Source: a virus
Taxonomy: Duplodnaviria; Caudoviricetes
Length of the DNA: 64,000 nt
Virus record (IMG/VR): IMGVR_UViG_3300010149_000008
Reading direction: 5' to 3' (one strand)
Shown: piece after piece, positions 22,101 to 31,589 of the stretch
Layout of the letters: each line of letters begins with the position of its first letter
How positions within the stretch are numbered: position 1 is the first letter of the stretch
Notes under the pieces: model-generated
Told to the model about the DNA's origin: nothing
The model's input: only the letters and a program-made list of their open reading frames with translations
Database searches by the model: none
Made by a program: the position numbers and the translations under genes

Positions 22101-22289
22101 ATTATTGATGAAGGATTTGGCGCGTTAGATGATACAAACATTGAAGCATGCAGCAGATTATTAAATAGTTTAAAAAAATATTTTAAGTCTATAATGATAA
22201 TATCACATATTGATGCAATAAAAGATATTGTAGACAAAAACATAGAGATTAGTATTGATGGTAATGACGCTTATGTTAGATTTGAATAA
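19149..22289 (+). CDS. sbcDC: Fused SbcD(Mre11/gp47)-SbcC(Rad50/gp46) nuclease-ATPase
   Basis: Phosphoesterase motifs SDVH, GGDIVH, GNHD, FHG, GDIH; then Walker A GNNRSGKSS, long coiled coil, signature ASGMEK, Walker B IFIIDEGFGALD, H-loop IISH. Confidence 0.9.
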   Translation: MFKCAHISDVHFRSLKRHDEYKTVFEKVFNSLRDIKDLDAIFIGGDIVHSKTQGITPELIDILNWWFTSISNIAPTYVILGNHDGLILNENRQDAITPIINALNNKNIFLYKQSGVYPLAVNKTGLKINWCIFSCFDEKNWSNVKPVDNEINIACFHGAVAGSKTDVDWELEGEVHSTFFIDFDFGFLGDIHKKQYLDSEKRIAYPGSTIQQNYGEDITKGFLVWEIKSKNDFKSRFIRVENPCPFLTLDWRGNIEETILFASKVKKGVRFRVRSDKSISQAEIKLIHHYLKNEKCAKEIVYQVNSTKNNKSIELCGNSQQSLNIRKKSDRKTLINDYFEKIDENTVEKIDEIFIKTLDKIPQNLKDVFGQKWSINSLEFDNTFSYGKNNYINFDNMNGIIGLFGNNRSGKSSIPGTLMYNLFNTTDRGSLRNQDIVNIRKGSCRSEAKITIGTKQYTIVRETTKKTNKRKEISATTSLKLTSFNDLVDETEEQRRETEKILKKLIGSSEDFLYTSFASQGDINTFIKEKNSARKSILSKFLNIQIYEELYKQSRDEYSMLKSLLGSKEEKDWSVITLEKSNFIDSDKLLIDKKQDEISKDRKELVSLNVDLENLRRNNKKHASGHNIVSAKKEKLYLESKLEDLTIKRSNFSKKREDTINALDKIEAFKESFSIDDLNAEKERLSLLEKKLNVFKSTLSEANKNKNNIENEIKILDQVPCGNMFKTCKFIVKAHDQKDKIEEVKNEIVDLESNVLELNNIVRRLQDTQINEKIIKFENILNKEYKLKLDLESINTKDEFNNKSISSVLTKIENINTILKEIENLNLQQSVNKENTIQDNIKEIQRNISNNEVEVLNLNKNIFSLEQQIKNIEIEKSEYYKLIEEFRINDIFSTLVSKKGIPTMLINSYLPKINQEINSILSGVTSFKIYLEEEEKNNNLNVYIDYGDSKRIIECASGMEKMMASIAIRVAFINISSLAKSDIFIIDEGFGALDDTNIEACSRLLNSLKKYFKSIMIISHIDAIKDIVDKNIEISIDGNDAYVRFE
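20164..20205 (+). repeat. 18-nt direct repeat x2 (TTGAAAAAATTGACGAAA) in the SbcD-SbcC linker
   Basis: Copies at 20164-20181 and 20188-20205, encoding EKIDE twice. Confidence 0.7.
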
Positions 22290-22539
22290 AAAATGGAATA
22301 AGATTGACAATGAAAACGAGGAATTAGTAGTAGGCAACATTATTTTTAAAAGGCCTATTGAATTTAATTATTGTAGCCCTTATTGTAAATCTTGCGGCGA
22401 AATTGTTGCAACTATAGATGATGCTGACATGATTAAAAAAGAAGACGTTTGTGAAACATGTTACATAACATATTATTATACTAATAAAGAAAAATGGAAA
22501 CATGGCTGGCGCCCTAACAAAAAAACTGTCAACAAGTGA
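22255..22539 (+). CDS. Small putative zinc-binding protein (start may be ATG 22273)
   Basis: CKSC...CETC Cys pairs. Confidence 0.55.
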   Translation: MMVMTLMLDLNKKWNKIDNENEELVVGNIIFKRPIEFNYCSPYCKSCGEIVATIDDADMIKKEDVCETCYITYYYTNKEKWKHGWRPNKKTVNK

Positions 22540-22570
22540 TAATTATTAAGTATAGAAAAAGGTATATATT

Positions 22571-22942
22571 ATGGATTATGATTTAGTAGCAAATATAGGG
22601 ACAGCTATCGACAACGTTTACAATAGCTATGCAGAAGACTCTTCTAGACGAACTGTTGCAAAGTTAGCAGGAGAACAATTAGTTGTTGAATTTAGAACTA
22701 TTTTAACTGTTGCAAAAGATAGAGAACTAGAGCACCAAATGACAATGATAAAGTCAGAGTCAAAACAAATGATTGACACCAGGGTTAAGTCTATAAAAGA
22801 CTGTTTTAAAGAGAGTGCTGGAAGAGCTTTAAAACTAAAAAAAATAAACGACTATGATAGAATTGAAACTTTAACTGTAAGTCCTTATAGTCCTATAAGA
22901 ACTCTAAAGTATACTTTTGTGGTAAATTATGAGGTTAAATAA
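22571..22942 (+). CDS. Hypothetical protein directly upstream of terminase
   Basis: ORF coupled to terL by TAATG overlap; ATAATTATT motif 32 nt upstream. Confidence 0.65.
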   Translation: MDYDLVANIGTAIDNVYNSYAEDSSRRTVAKLAGEQLVVEFRTILTVAKDRELEHQMTMIKSESKQMIDTRVKSIKDCFKESAGRALKLKKINDYDRIETLTVSPYSPIRTLKYTFVVNYEVK

Positions 22943-24570
22943 TGCCTAAAAAGATGTCTAGACAGTCGCAGGTAACTGAAATTATTAAATGTGGTAAAGA
23001 TCCTGTTTATTTTATGAACAAGTACTTGAAAATCCAGCATCCAATGCGTGGATTAATACCTTTTGCAACATTTCCGTTTCAAGATGACTGTGTTAAAGAC
23101 TTTAATGATAATAGATTTAATATTATTCTTAAGTCTAGACAGCTTGGATTATCGACTTTAGTAGCAGCATATTCAGTATGGCAAGCTATTTTTTATAAAG
23201 AAAAAAACATTTTGATTATTGCTACAAAATTAGCAGTTGCTCAAAACTTTATAAGAAAAGTCAAAACTTATATAAAAAGTATGCCTAAGTGGCTTCTTGT
23301 GCCTATTATAACAGCAAACAACAAACAGCAGGTTGAATTCTCAAACGGATCACAAATAAAAGCAGTACCTACTTCAGAAGATGCAGGTAGATCTGAAGCA
23401 TTGTCTTTACTGATTGTAGATGAGGCAGCTTTTGTTAGAAACTTTGATGAGTTGTGGATGGGACTTTATCCTACACTATCAACAGGTGGACGTGCTATTT
23501 TATTGTCAACACCTAACGGAGTTGGCGGACAATATCATGAGATTTATACAAAAGCTGAAAGAAAAGAAAACAAGTTCAATCCTATAAAGTTAATGTGGGA
23601 TGTGCATCCTGAACGTGGTGATGAGTGGTTTGAAAAAGAAACTAAAAATATGTCACAAAGGCAAGTAGCACAAGAGCTACTTTGCGACTTTGCATCATCT
23701 GGAGACACGTTTTTAACTAGTGAAGTTTTAGATAAAATTAGAATGACAACTTCTCAGCCTATAGAAAAAAGTGGACCTCAATATAATGTTTGGTATTGGG
23801 AATATCCTGTTGAAGGAAACAACTACATACTATCAGCAGATATTGCAAGAGGAGATAGTGGTGATTATTCTACTTTTCACATAATAAATTGTGCTACAAA
23901 TTCAGTATCTGTTGAGTTTAAAGGAAAAATAACTCCTGATCACTTTGCTTCCTTAATTTATGATGTTGCAAAAAGATTTAATAATGCACAGATTTGCCCA
24001 GAAAATAATGCATATGGATATTCAGTATTGTCAAAATTAGCTGAGCTAGCTTATAAAAATATATATTTTGCATCAGAAAAACAAAAATATGCCTATCTTT
24101 ACGGAGAAGGAGGTAATATAGGAAAAGCTGGTTTCAATACAAACAAAGAAAGCAGAGAATTAATTTTAGCAAATTTTGAAGAATCTTTAAGAAACGGTCG
24201 TATAAAAACTAGATCACAAAGACTCTTTTCAGAATTAAAAACTTTTGTATGGAATGGTAAGAAAGCATCTGCTATGAAAGGATATAATGATGATTTAGTT
24301 ATGTCTTTAGCAATTGGTTGTTGGCTTTTGGACAGCAATTCAAGTACTTATAACGTTTCACAAATTCAATATGCAGATGCACTTTTAAAAGGAATGCAAG
24401 TTAACAATACAGATATAAAAAACACAGTAATGTCAACTTTCTATACAAATAAACAGAATGCAGTCAACCCTTTTATACCTGTAGTTTTACCTCAAGACAA
24501 ATTCTCAGGTAACAAAGATATCAATAGAAAAAACCCGCTAGGCGACTTGCGATGGTTAATAGGAAAGTAA
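22942..24570 (+). CDS. terL: Terminase large subunit (T4 gp17-like)
   Basis: KSRQLGLST (Walker A), LLIVDEAAF (Walker B), STPNG, nuclease SADIARG and DDLVMS. Confidence 0.95.
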   Translation: MPKKMSRQSQVTEIIKCGKDPVYFMNKYLKIQHPMRGLIPFATFPFQDDCVKDFNDNRFNIILKSRQLGLSTLVAAYSVWQAIFYKEKNILIIATKLAVAQNFIRKVKTYIKSMPKWLLVPIITANNKQQVEFSNGSQIKAVPTSEDAGRSEALSLLIVDEAAFVRNFDELWMGLYPTLSTGGRAILLSTPNGVGGQYHEIYTKAERKENKFNPIKLMWDVHPERGDEWFEKETKNMSQRQVAQELLCDFASSGDTFLTSEVLDKIRMTTSQPIEKSGPQYNVWYWEYPVEGNNYILSADIARGDSGDYSTFHIINCATNSVSVEFKGKITPDHFASLIYDVAKRFNNAQICPENNAYGYSVLSKLAELAYKNIYFASEKQKYAYLYGEGGNIGKAGFNTNKESRELILANFEESLRNGRIKTRSQRLFSELKTFVWNGKKASAMKGYNDDLVMSLAIGCWLLDSNSSTYNVSQIQYADALLKGMQVNNTDIKNTVMSTFYTNKQNAVNPFIPVVLPQDKFSGNKDINRKNPLGDLRWLIGK

Positions 24571-24579
24571 AAAAGTAAA

Positions 24580-26607
24580 ATGGCAGATGAATCAAATCTA
24601 TTTAAAAAACTGACGTCACTTTTTAGATCAGGCCCGGTAGTAAGAAGAAGAGTCAAACAATTTTCAGGAAAATCAACTTCAAAATCTTCTCTAGAGTTGT
24701 TTAAAAAAGCTCATAGTGATGTATATAATTCAACGTTAAGTGCTTATGGCTCTTATGATAGAATGGCAAGATATTCAGACTTTTCAGAAATGGAAGCTAC
24801 TCCAGAAATTAGTTCTGCATTAGACATATACGCAGAAGAGTGTGTATCGCAAGACGTTGAAGGTAATGTTTTGCACATATACTCAGAGAACAGAATGATA
24901 AAACAACTTTTAAACGAGCTTTTTTATGATGTTCTAAACATAGACTTTAATCTTGTAATGTGGGTAAGAAACCTATGCAAATACGGTGACTTTTTTCTTT
25001 TTAACGACATACACCCAGAGTACGGTGTAATCAATTGTTTTCCAATACCTATATCAGAGATAGAAAGAGAAGAAGGCTTTGATTCTGATGACCCAGCTGC
25101 TGTAAGATTTAGGTGGGTTACACAAGGTAATCGTATTTTAGAAAATTGGCAAGTATCACATATAAGACTCTTAGGTAGCGATGCATTTTTACCTTATGGT
25201 TCTTCAGTTTTGGAAGGTGCTAGACGTATATGGCGTCAATTAATTCTTATTGAAGATGCAATGCTTGTATATAGAGTAATTAGATCGCCTGAAAGACGAG
25301 TATTTTATATAGACGTTGGAAACATACCTCCTGAAAATGTAGCTGATTATCTAGAACAAGCGCAAACAGCGCTTAAAAGAAATGCTGTAATTGATAAAAA
25401 TACAGGACAAGTCGATTTAAGATATAATCCACTTTCAGTAGACGAAGACTATTTTCTACCTGTGAGAGGCGGAGAAAGTGGAACAAGAATTGATACGCTA
25501 GCAGGCGGTTCTAATACAACAGCAATTGAAGATGTAGAGTATATACAGAAAAAGCTTTTTGCAGCTTTAAAGATTCCTAAAGCTTACCTAGGGTATGATG
25601 AAGATATTGGTGCTAAAGCTACTTTAGCTCAAGAAGATATAAGGTTTAGTAGAACAATACAACGAATACAAAAAACAATCATCGCAGAATTAAACAAAGT
25701 TGCTATGATTCATTTGTATACGCACGGATACACAGAAGAAGATCTGTTAGACTTTGAGCTTAAATTAAGTAATCCATCAAGCATAGCACAACAACAAAAA
25801 CTTGAATTAATTAGAACTAAATTTGAAATAGCATCTCAGTCACCTGAAGGTATTGTAGATAGAGAGTGGATAAGAAAGCACATTTTAGATCTTAATGACG
25901 ATGAAATTAGAAGAATTGAAACAGGTAAAGAAAGAGATAAACTTCGTGATATGGAGTTAGAACAAGTCAGGCTGCCAACAGATAATCAATTTCTATTTGG
26001 AGACGAAAACGAAGATGGCGGAGATGGTTCGGGCGGAAGTGACGATATGAGTTTTGGATCTGATATGGGCGGAGGAGATGAAGGCGGAGGAGATGAAGGC
26101 GGTGGTGGTGGTTTAGAAGGATTATTTGCAGGTGAAATGAAAAGTGGCAAATTAATGTCAGAAGATGAGTTATCTGAGTATGATGATTTACTTGACGAAG
26201 ACGATGAAGTATCAGAAGAAAACAAACAAAACATAGGTAAAGGCGCAAACGTTAGCAATAGAGCAAAAGGCAAAAAAAGAGGAAAGTATAATATTAATAC
26301 TGACTTAAGTCTAGGAAAACTAGGTGCTGCTCAATCAGGAATAGAAAAAACATCTACCCATCAAGGTGCTCTAACAGGACCTGCTGTTATAAAAGCTAGT
26401 GATTTAATGGACGGAATATTACCACAGAGTCCTATTATTGAAAAGTTTGTTGACAAGCAACTTGGGTATAGAATGTCAAAGTCTCTTGAAGATATGTCAA
26501 AAGCACTAAGCATGGGTTCAAGCAGTAATAAAGTATTAACTGAGTCTAATAGTAGCAATGACGACATACTTATAGATAATGATATATTTGATAATGAGGA
26601 CCAGTAA
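24580..26607 (+). CDS. gp20: Portal protein (T4 gp20-like) with acidic/Gly-rich C-terminal extension
   Basis: PEISSALDIYAEE, EDAMLVYRVIRSPERRVFYIDVGNIP, EDYFLPVRG, ALKIPK. Confidence 0.93.
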   Translation: MADESNLFKKLTSLFRSGPVVRRRVKQFSGKSTSKSSLELFKKAHSDVYNSTLSAYGSYDRMARYSDFSEMEATPEISSALDIYAEECVSQDVEGNVLHIYSENRMIKQLLNELFYDVLNIDFNLVMWVRNLCKYGDFFLFNDIHPEYGVINCFPIPISEIEREEGFDSDDPAAVRFRWVTQGNRILENWQVSHIRLLGSDAFLPYGSSVLEGARRIWRQLILIEDAMLVYRVIRSPERRVFYIDVGNIPPENVADYLEQAQTALKRNAVIDKNTGQVDLRYNPLSVDEDYFLPVRGGESGTRIDTLAGGSNTTAIEDVEYIQKKLFAALKIPKAYLGYDEDIGAKATLAQEDIRFSRTIQRIQKTIIAELNKVAMIHLYTHGYTEEDLLDFELKLSNPSSIAQQQKLELIRTKFEIASQSPEGIVDREWIRKHILDLNDDEIRRIETGKERDKLRDMELEQVRLPTDNQFLFGDENEDGGDGSGGSDDMSFGSDMGGGDEGGGDEGGGGGLEGLFAGEMKSGKLMSEDELSEYDDLLDEDDEVSEENKQNIGKGANVSNRAKGKKRGKYNINTDLSLGKLGAAQSGIEKTSTHQGALTGPAVIKASDLMDGILPQSPIIEKFVDKQLGYRMSKSLEDMSKALSMGSSSNKVLTESNSSNDDILIDNDIFDNEDQ

Positions 26608-27443
26608 TGCCAAAAACTCATAATAAAAAAAGAAACATTGGAATTATTTACGAGCAGATTATACAACATGTATGTAAAAAAGCAATGGAAAATAACGAAG
26701 TTGATGCAGAACAAGGAATTGGCATCATTAAAGAGTGTTTTAGAAAAGGAACGCAGCTTAATAAAGAATACAAATTGTTTAAAGCATTAGCTGAAACTAA
26801 TGGAGTTTCTGGACACTTGGCAAATTCTATTATATTTGAAGCAAAAAAAGCATGTAATCAAATGTTTGATAGCGAAAAGCTTGAAAAAGAAAAAAGTAGT
26901 TTAATTAAAAAATTAAATTATAACTTTGGTAAAGGTGTTATTTTTGAAGAAAATATTGAAAACTACAAGCTTTATGCAACAATTCAAACTTTGCTAAATG
27001 AATGGCGTGATCCAAAAAATGCTTCTTTTGATTTAACAACAAAGTATGAAATAAAGCTTCATGAGAGCTTAACAGCTGATAATATAAAAGACGTTAAGCC
27101 TAAAAATTCAATTAAAGCAGATAGGCTAACTTTCAAGCTTATGAATGAAATATTTGACAAAAAGTATAAATCAATTTTAAATGAAAGTCAAAACAAACTT
27201 CTATATTATTTTTCTTCAAACAAAGAAGAAGACTTAGATAATGCATGTAATTCTTTAAAAAATGATACGCAGTGTCTTCTTGAAGAATATATGGAATCAT
27301 GCAATAACAAAATACTTTTAGAAAAATATAGATCAATAAATAGCCAAATAAATGAACTATCAACTGAACAAATTGATAAAAAAAGTTTGCAAAAATATTT
27401 GTTGCTAGCAAAGCTTAGAGAAGAACTACTAGGAGAAGAATAA
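26607..27443 (+). CDS. Hypothetical head-assembly-region protein
   Basis: Between portal and protease, coupled on both sides by TAATG overlaps. Confidence 0.65.
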   Translation: MPKTHNKKRNIGIIYEQIIQHVCKKAMENNEVDAEQGIGIIKECFRKGTQLNKEYKLFKALAETNGVSGHLANSIIFEAKKACNQMFDSEKLEKEKSSLIKKLNYNFGKGVIFEENIENYKLYATIQTLLNEWRDPKNASFDLTTKYEIKLHESLTADNIKDVKPKNSIKADRLTFKLMNEIFDKKYKSILNESQNKLLYYFSSNKEEDLDNACNSLKNDTQCLLEEYMESCNNKILLEKYRSINSQINELSTEQIDKKSLQKYLLLAKLREELLGEE

Positions 27444-28045
27444 TGCTGACCCCAAAATTAATTACAGAATGGTCAGCCTTTGAATATGACCATAAACTTA
27501 TAAAAGAGCAAAAAGCTGCAGGTAGGCCTTTGATGATGAAAGGTATACTTCAAAAAGCTGAAACGCTTAATCAAAATGGTAGAGTTTATCCAAAGGCTAT
27601 ACTTGAGAGAGAAATTAGAAACTATCAAAAATTTATAAAAGAAAATAGAGCACTTGGAGAATTAGATCATCCAGACTCATCAGTTGTGGAGCTTAAAAAC
27701 GCTTCTCATAACGTAAAAGAAGCTTACATGGAAGGCAATATTGTTTATGGTGTTGTAGAGATTTTAAATACGCCAAGCGGTCAAATCCTTCAGTCATTAG
27801 TTGAAAGCGGAGTAACGTTAGGAATTTCATCTAGAGGTGTTGGTAGTACAAAGTCACAAGGTGATATGCAAATTGTGCAAGATGACTTTCAGCTTATATG
27901 CTGGGATTTTGTAAGTGAGCCTTCAACACCAGGTGCATTTATGATGAGAGAAGCAAAAGAAGTTTCTCCACAATTTATAAACAATGTTTTTAACAAGACA
28001 GACAGAATAGATAGAATATTCAATGACATAATGGAGTGGAAATAA
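27443..28045 (+). CDS. gp21: Prohead core protease (T4 gp21-like)
   Basis: GILQKAETLNQNGRVYP, GELDHP, GISSRGVGS, DFVSEPSTPGA. Confidence 0.92.
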   Translation: MLTPKLITEWSAFEYDHKLIKEQKAAGRPLMMKGILQKAETLNQNGRVYPKAILEREIRNYQKFIKENRALGELDHPDSSVVELKNASHNVKEAYMEGNIVYGVVEILNTPSGQILQSLVESGVTLGISSRGVGSTKSQGDMQIVQDDFQLICWDFVSEPSTPGAFMMREAKEVSPQFINNVFNKTDRIDRIFNDIMEWK

Positions 28046-28476
28046 TGGCAATATCACATATACCAAGATCTGTAGGACATAACTTTGCTCCAGAATACCA
28101 AATTAGTGCTGTTCCTTATATGAGATCTTTAACAGTTGGTAATACTTTAGTTGATGAAGAAAATGACATAAGATCATTTTCATTTCCAAAAATAACTCAG
28201 TGGCTAAGTTTTAAAACATTGGCAGGGGTGACTGTAACAGTTTATTTCTGTAAAGAAGATGCTGTAAGCCTATCAAACGGTTTGGTAGTTGCAGCTGAAA
28301 CGACACTTCCTTTACATTTAAGATGTACTAAGCTATATTTTAATAATCGAGCAGTTGATGCAGATCCAAACCCAGGAGACGCAGGTCTAGCTATTCAAGT
28401 AAGAGCTGGTTTAACAACAATTGATGCATCTGAGTTTAACAATGTAGTAGAAACATTTTTAGAGGCTAATAACTAA
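28045..28476 (+). CDS. Hypothetical virion protein (start at TAATG overlap 28045)
   Basis: MAISHIPRSVGHNFAPEYQISAVPY; beta-rich; head operon context. Confidence 0.6.
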   Translation: MAISHIPRSVGHNFAPEYQISAVPYMRSLTVGNTLVDEENDIRSFSFPKITQWLSFKTLAGVTVTVYFCKEDAVSLSNGLVVAAETTLPLHLRCTKLYFNNRAVDADPNPGDAGLAIQVRAGLTTIDASEFNNVVETFLEANN

Positions 28477-28919
28477 TGGCAAAAGTAAGTAAAAGTTTAT
28501 TAAAAGAGATTGTTAAAGAGTGCTTAGTTGAGATTCTTGCTGAGGGCTTAACAGGTGGTGACACCGAGGCTTTAACAGAAAGCGTGCAAAAAGTAAAGCC
28601 TGTTAGGCGTGCTAGCAGTAAAGATAGAATTATGAAAAATATTCTTCCTCCTAAGCAAAAAGTTGTTAATGAAGACTTTGAAAAAAATATGAAAAGTGTT
28701 ATTTCAAATACAACAAAAGATCCTGTAATGGCAGCACTTTTAGCAGACACTGCTCAAACAACATTACAAGAGCAAAATACTGCTGATAGTGGAAATAGAT
28801 TTGCAGCGCGTCCAACAGACAGTGCTAGCAGAGCGGTGGCAGAAAGTGACCCTTCAGAATTGTTTGGAGGAGCAGCTGCAAATTGGGCACAGTTAGCTTT
28901 TTCTGATAGTATGAAGTAA
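28476..28919 (+). CDS. Hypothetical protein with N-terminal LKEIVKE...LAE leader
   Basis: MAKVSKSLLKEIVKECLVEILAEG. Confidence 0.65.
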   Translation: MAKVSKSLLKEIVKECLVEILAEGLTGGDTEALTESVQKVKPVRRASSKDRIMKNILPPKQKVVNEDFEKNMKSVISNTTKDPVMAALLADTAQTTLQEQNTADSGNRFAARPTDSASRAVAESDPSELFGGAAANWAQLAFSDSMK

Positions 28920-28956
28920 ATTATTAATTAAGACTATAAGTTTAACTGACAAGCAT

Positions 28957-28965
28957 ATATTTATA
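28957..28965 (+). promoter_or_regulatory. Putative late-promoter motif (ATATTTATA)
   Basis: 39 nt upstream of ATG 28996; overlaps a T4-type TATAAATA at 28962-28969. Confidence 0.45.
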
Positions 28966-28995
28966 AATACAATATAAAATATATGGAGTTATATT

Positions 28996-29274
28996 ATGGC
29001 TAGAAGAAAGAAGCTGACACCACGCGTATTGCGTAGAATTATTGCTGAAGAAAGCGCAAAATTAAATGAGACTTTAGAGATGGGACTCAAACACCCATCA
29101 GAGGCTCCTAAGCGCACAAAGGAAGTTGATGCTCACAAGTATGCAGACTCATTAGAGTCATGTATGGATTATTATAAAATGTGTTGCATTAAAGAAGAAA
29201 AAGTTTTAAAGCATCTTAGAGTAATTCAAGAGGCAAAGAGACGTCTTAAAAAGAAGATGATTCGCAAACTTTAA
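28996..29274 (+). CDS. Small basic protein with LRRIIAEE...LNE leader
   Basis: MARRKKLTPRVLRRIIAEESAKLNE; GGAG RBS. Confidence 0.65.
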   Translation: MARRKKLTPRVLRRIIAEESAKLNETLEMGLKHPSEAPKRTKEVDAHKYADSLESCMDYYKMCCIKEEKVLKHLRVIQEAKRRLKKKMIRKL

Positions 29275-29318
29275 TTTGTCATATTTAAATAATGAAAGTT
29301 TATCAATAGGAGTATCTC

Positions 29319-29990
29319 ATGGCTAAAGGTGCAAACGGAACAATAGATCTAGCAAGCTTTGAACAATTAAGAGTTCAAAGACTTTCAACTAGTGCAAGAA
29401 ACTTAGAACATTCTGGTGGAAAATCTTTTGGCATTGCAACCGATAGACTTGACAGTATATTTACGTCAAGCCCACTTTTATCTTCAAATAGAGTAGCAGA
29501 TATAGAAGGTTCTAGAGATCCTGACAAAATTCAAGTTTTAGACGGCGACATTTATAAAATGTATGCTAATGTTGTTGACGGTGATAATAGCATAAATGGA
29601 TTTGGCTTTGAAGGAACTGATACAGTTAATTTAAATTATAAACACCCACAAAATCCTTTTTATATTCAAAGTTCTAACAGCGTTGATTTTTCTTTATTAA
29701 CTACAGGTGCTATGCAAACAGATTCAGAAGGAAATATTGCGCATTACGCGGGATCACCAGATTTAATACCTAATAATCTAGATAGCCCAGAAACTGAAAT
29801 TGGAAATACAACGCCTATATTTGAAACATCTGATGGCACTAATATACCGCATAGAAGAGAAAATTTATTTGGTTCTACAGATGCAAGTTATGCTAGCATT
29901 GTTGATAACGAGCAAGGGCTAGGATTTAGTGGTAATCCTGATACTATAGATACTATAGGCAAATATTTTAATAAAAAGTTTAACAACTAA
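29319..29990 (+). CDS. Hypothetical head-region protein
   Basis: AGGAG RBS; weak similarity by eye to 30003. Confidence 0.65.
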   Translation: MAKGANGTIDLASFEQLRVQRLSTSARNLEHSGGKSFGIATDRLDSIFTSSPLLSSNRVADIEGSRDPDKIQVLDGDIYKMYANVVDGDNSINGFGFEGTDTVNLNYKHPQNPFYIQSSNSVDFSLLTTGAMQTDSEGNIAHYAGSPDLIPNNLDSPETEIGNTTPIFETSDGTNIPHRRENLFGSTDASYASIVDNEQGLGFSGNPDTIDTIGKYFNKKFNN

Positions 29991-30002
29991 AGGAAAATTC
30001 TC

Positions 30003-30767
30003 ATGGCAATAAACATTCCTATTAGACAAACATCAAAAAAATATGGTTTTATTACAGATAATGCTAGGGTTCATGGCAATTCAAGCCTTGAGAATGAGTC
30101 ATATGGCGCAGCAAATTTTGGTGAAAAAGGTTTAGGTAATCATACTAGTCTAAAATCTATTTTTAATCATCCTAATAGTATAATAAACGGAGGAAATGGC
30201 AGCGAAGACAAAGACATGATTATAGCACCTGCTTTTTTACAAGGAAGAAATGACCTTTCCGGAAAATCATTAGGAGATGAAATTGCAGCTGCATTAGAGA
30301 TTATAGAAAGAAAAATAAGCGAAAGAGAAACAACATTAGCTGCTCAAACTCCACCTGGCGACAGAGATGCAGATACTGTATTACAAAAACTTTTGCAAGA
30401 CGAGTCGACGCTTAGTGGAATTATTAACAACGAAACAAGCGACCCTGCAGCACTATCAGCTTTGCTAGTTTCTTCTGAATTTGAATACAATCCAGACTTT
30501 CCATTAAGCAATGTAAATTTTGGTTATGGCGCAATAACTACTGAAACTTCTCGTGCTAAAGACTTACACAGTAGAACAACTGCTGCACCTCGTTCACCTA
30601 ATGTAAACTTTCCTTCTTTAAATTCATCACTCAATAACAATGAAGCCACGGCTAACGCTAATACAGACATACAAGGTCTAGACGGTCAAGGTGGTTTTGG
30701 ATCCTCTACATCATCAAACTTTAGCACTTCAACTATCATTACAGCAATTATAAATAGATATATTTAA
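30003..30767 (+). CDS. Hypothetical head-region protein
   Basis: AAGGA RBS; possible paralogue of 29319. Confidence 0.65.
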   Translation: MAINIPIRQTSKKYGFITDNARVHGNSSLENESYGAANFGEKGLGNHTSLKSIFNHPNSIINGGNGSEDKDMIIAPAFLQGRNDLSGKSLGDEIAAALEIIERKISERETTLAAQTPPGDRDADTVLQKLLQDESTLSGIINNETSDPAALSALLVSSEFEYNPDFPLSNVNFGYGAITTETSRAKDLHSRTTAAPRSPNVNFPSLNSSLNNNEATANANTDIQGLDGQGGFGSSTSSNFSTSTIITAIINRYI

Positions 30768-30779
30768 TAAAGGTATGTT

Positions 30780-31589
30780 ATGCCGGGTTTAACAACAAAT
30801 CCTAATTTAGGTAGAGGTCAAGGATACTACACGCGTAATGATCTCGGTTATGGAAAGACCGACAGTGGCAGTGGAGTTGGAGGTGGTCTAGGATCACCTT
30901 GGGCAGTTTCAGGCAATGCTGGAATATATAAAGAAAAGTCTGAGTACGAAAAAGAGTTAGACAAAGATAGATTTGAGCAAGACAAAGAAGATGACTGTGA
31001 TATAGAGGAGTTTGAATTAGATGTTAAACTTAAACAAAAATCTTTTACATCTAATAGTAAAGACGTATCAGACTTCGGAGTAAAATCCGGAACTGATCCT
31101 TATTCTTTTAACGGTCTTGCTAACACATCTCAGTATCTAGGTGCTGGTTATGATAGAGGAGAAAGTGTCCTTAAAGAATTCATAAGAGAAGCTTTGCAAG
31201 AAGAGATGTTAAGAGAAATAACTTCGATGTCTGTTAGAGTTATGGTTAAAGGAACAGTTGGTGACACTTACAAGAAAAGTAAAGCAAACGTATCAAATAC
31301 AAATCAAATGTCTCCAGGCGATCCATCTATAAAGCAAAGAGGGTATGATAACAATAATAGAAAAGCAAGAACACCTGATAAATGGCCATATTCTATACCT
31401 GACGAGCCAACAGCTTCAGGAACTAAAAGAATGAATTTCCTAGACGATGACATATCTGATGAGTTTGATTGGGAAAATGATAGTTATACAACTGGAAAAT
31501 ATTTGTATGATACTACTAAGCAAGAATACGTTGACGAAAAAAATCTTAAAAATCATATTAAAAAAACGAAATTTAATTTAAATAGATAA
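30780..31589 (+). CDS. Hypothetical protein, Gly-rich N-terminus, internal LKEFIRE motif
   Basis: ...VLKEFIREALQEEMLRE... Confidence 0.6.
   Translation: MPGLTTNPNLGRGQGYYTRNDLGYGKTDSGSGVGGGLGSPWAVSGNAGIYKEKSEYEKELDKDRFEQDKEDDCDIEEFELDVKLKQKSFTSNSKDVSDFGVKSGTDPYSFNGLANTSQYLGAGYDRGESVLKEFIREALQEEMLREITSMSVRVMVKGTVGDTYKKSKANVSNTNQMSPGDPSIKQRGYDNNNRKARTPDKWPYSIPDEPTASGTKRMNFLDDDISDEFDWENDSYTTGKYLYDTTKQEYVDEKNLKNHIKKTKFNLNR

Noticed and set aside
18172-24570. Inteins or introns in primase, SbcCD or terminase
   Set aside because: Motif spacing is normal; no C...HN-C/S/T junctions or LAGLIDADG motifs were noticed.
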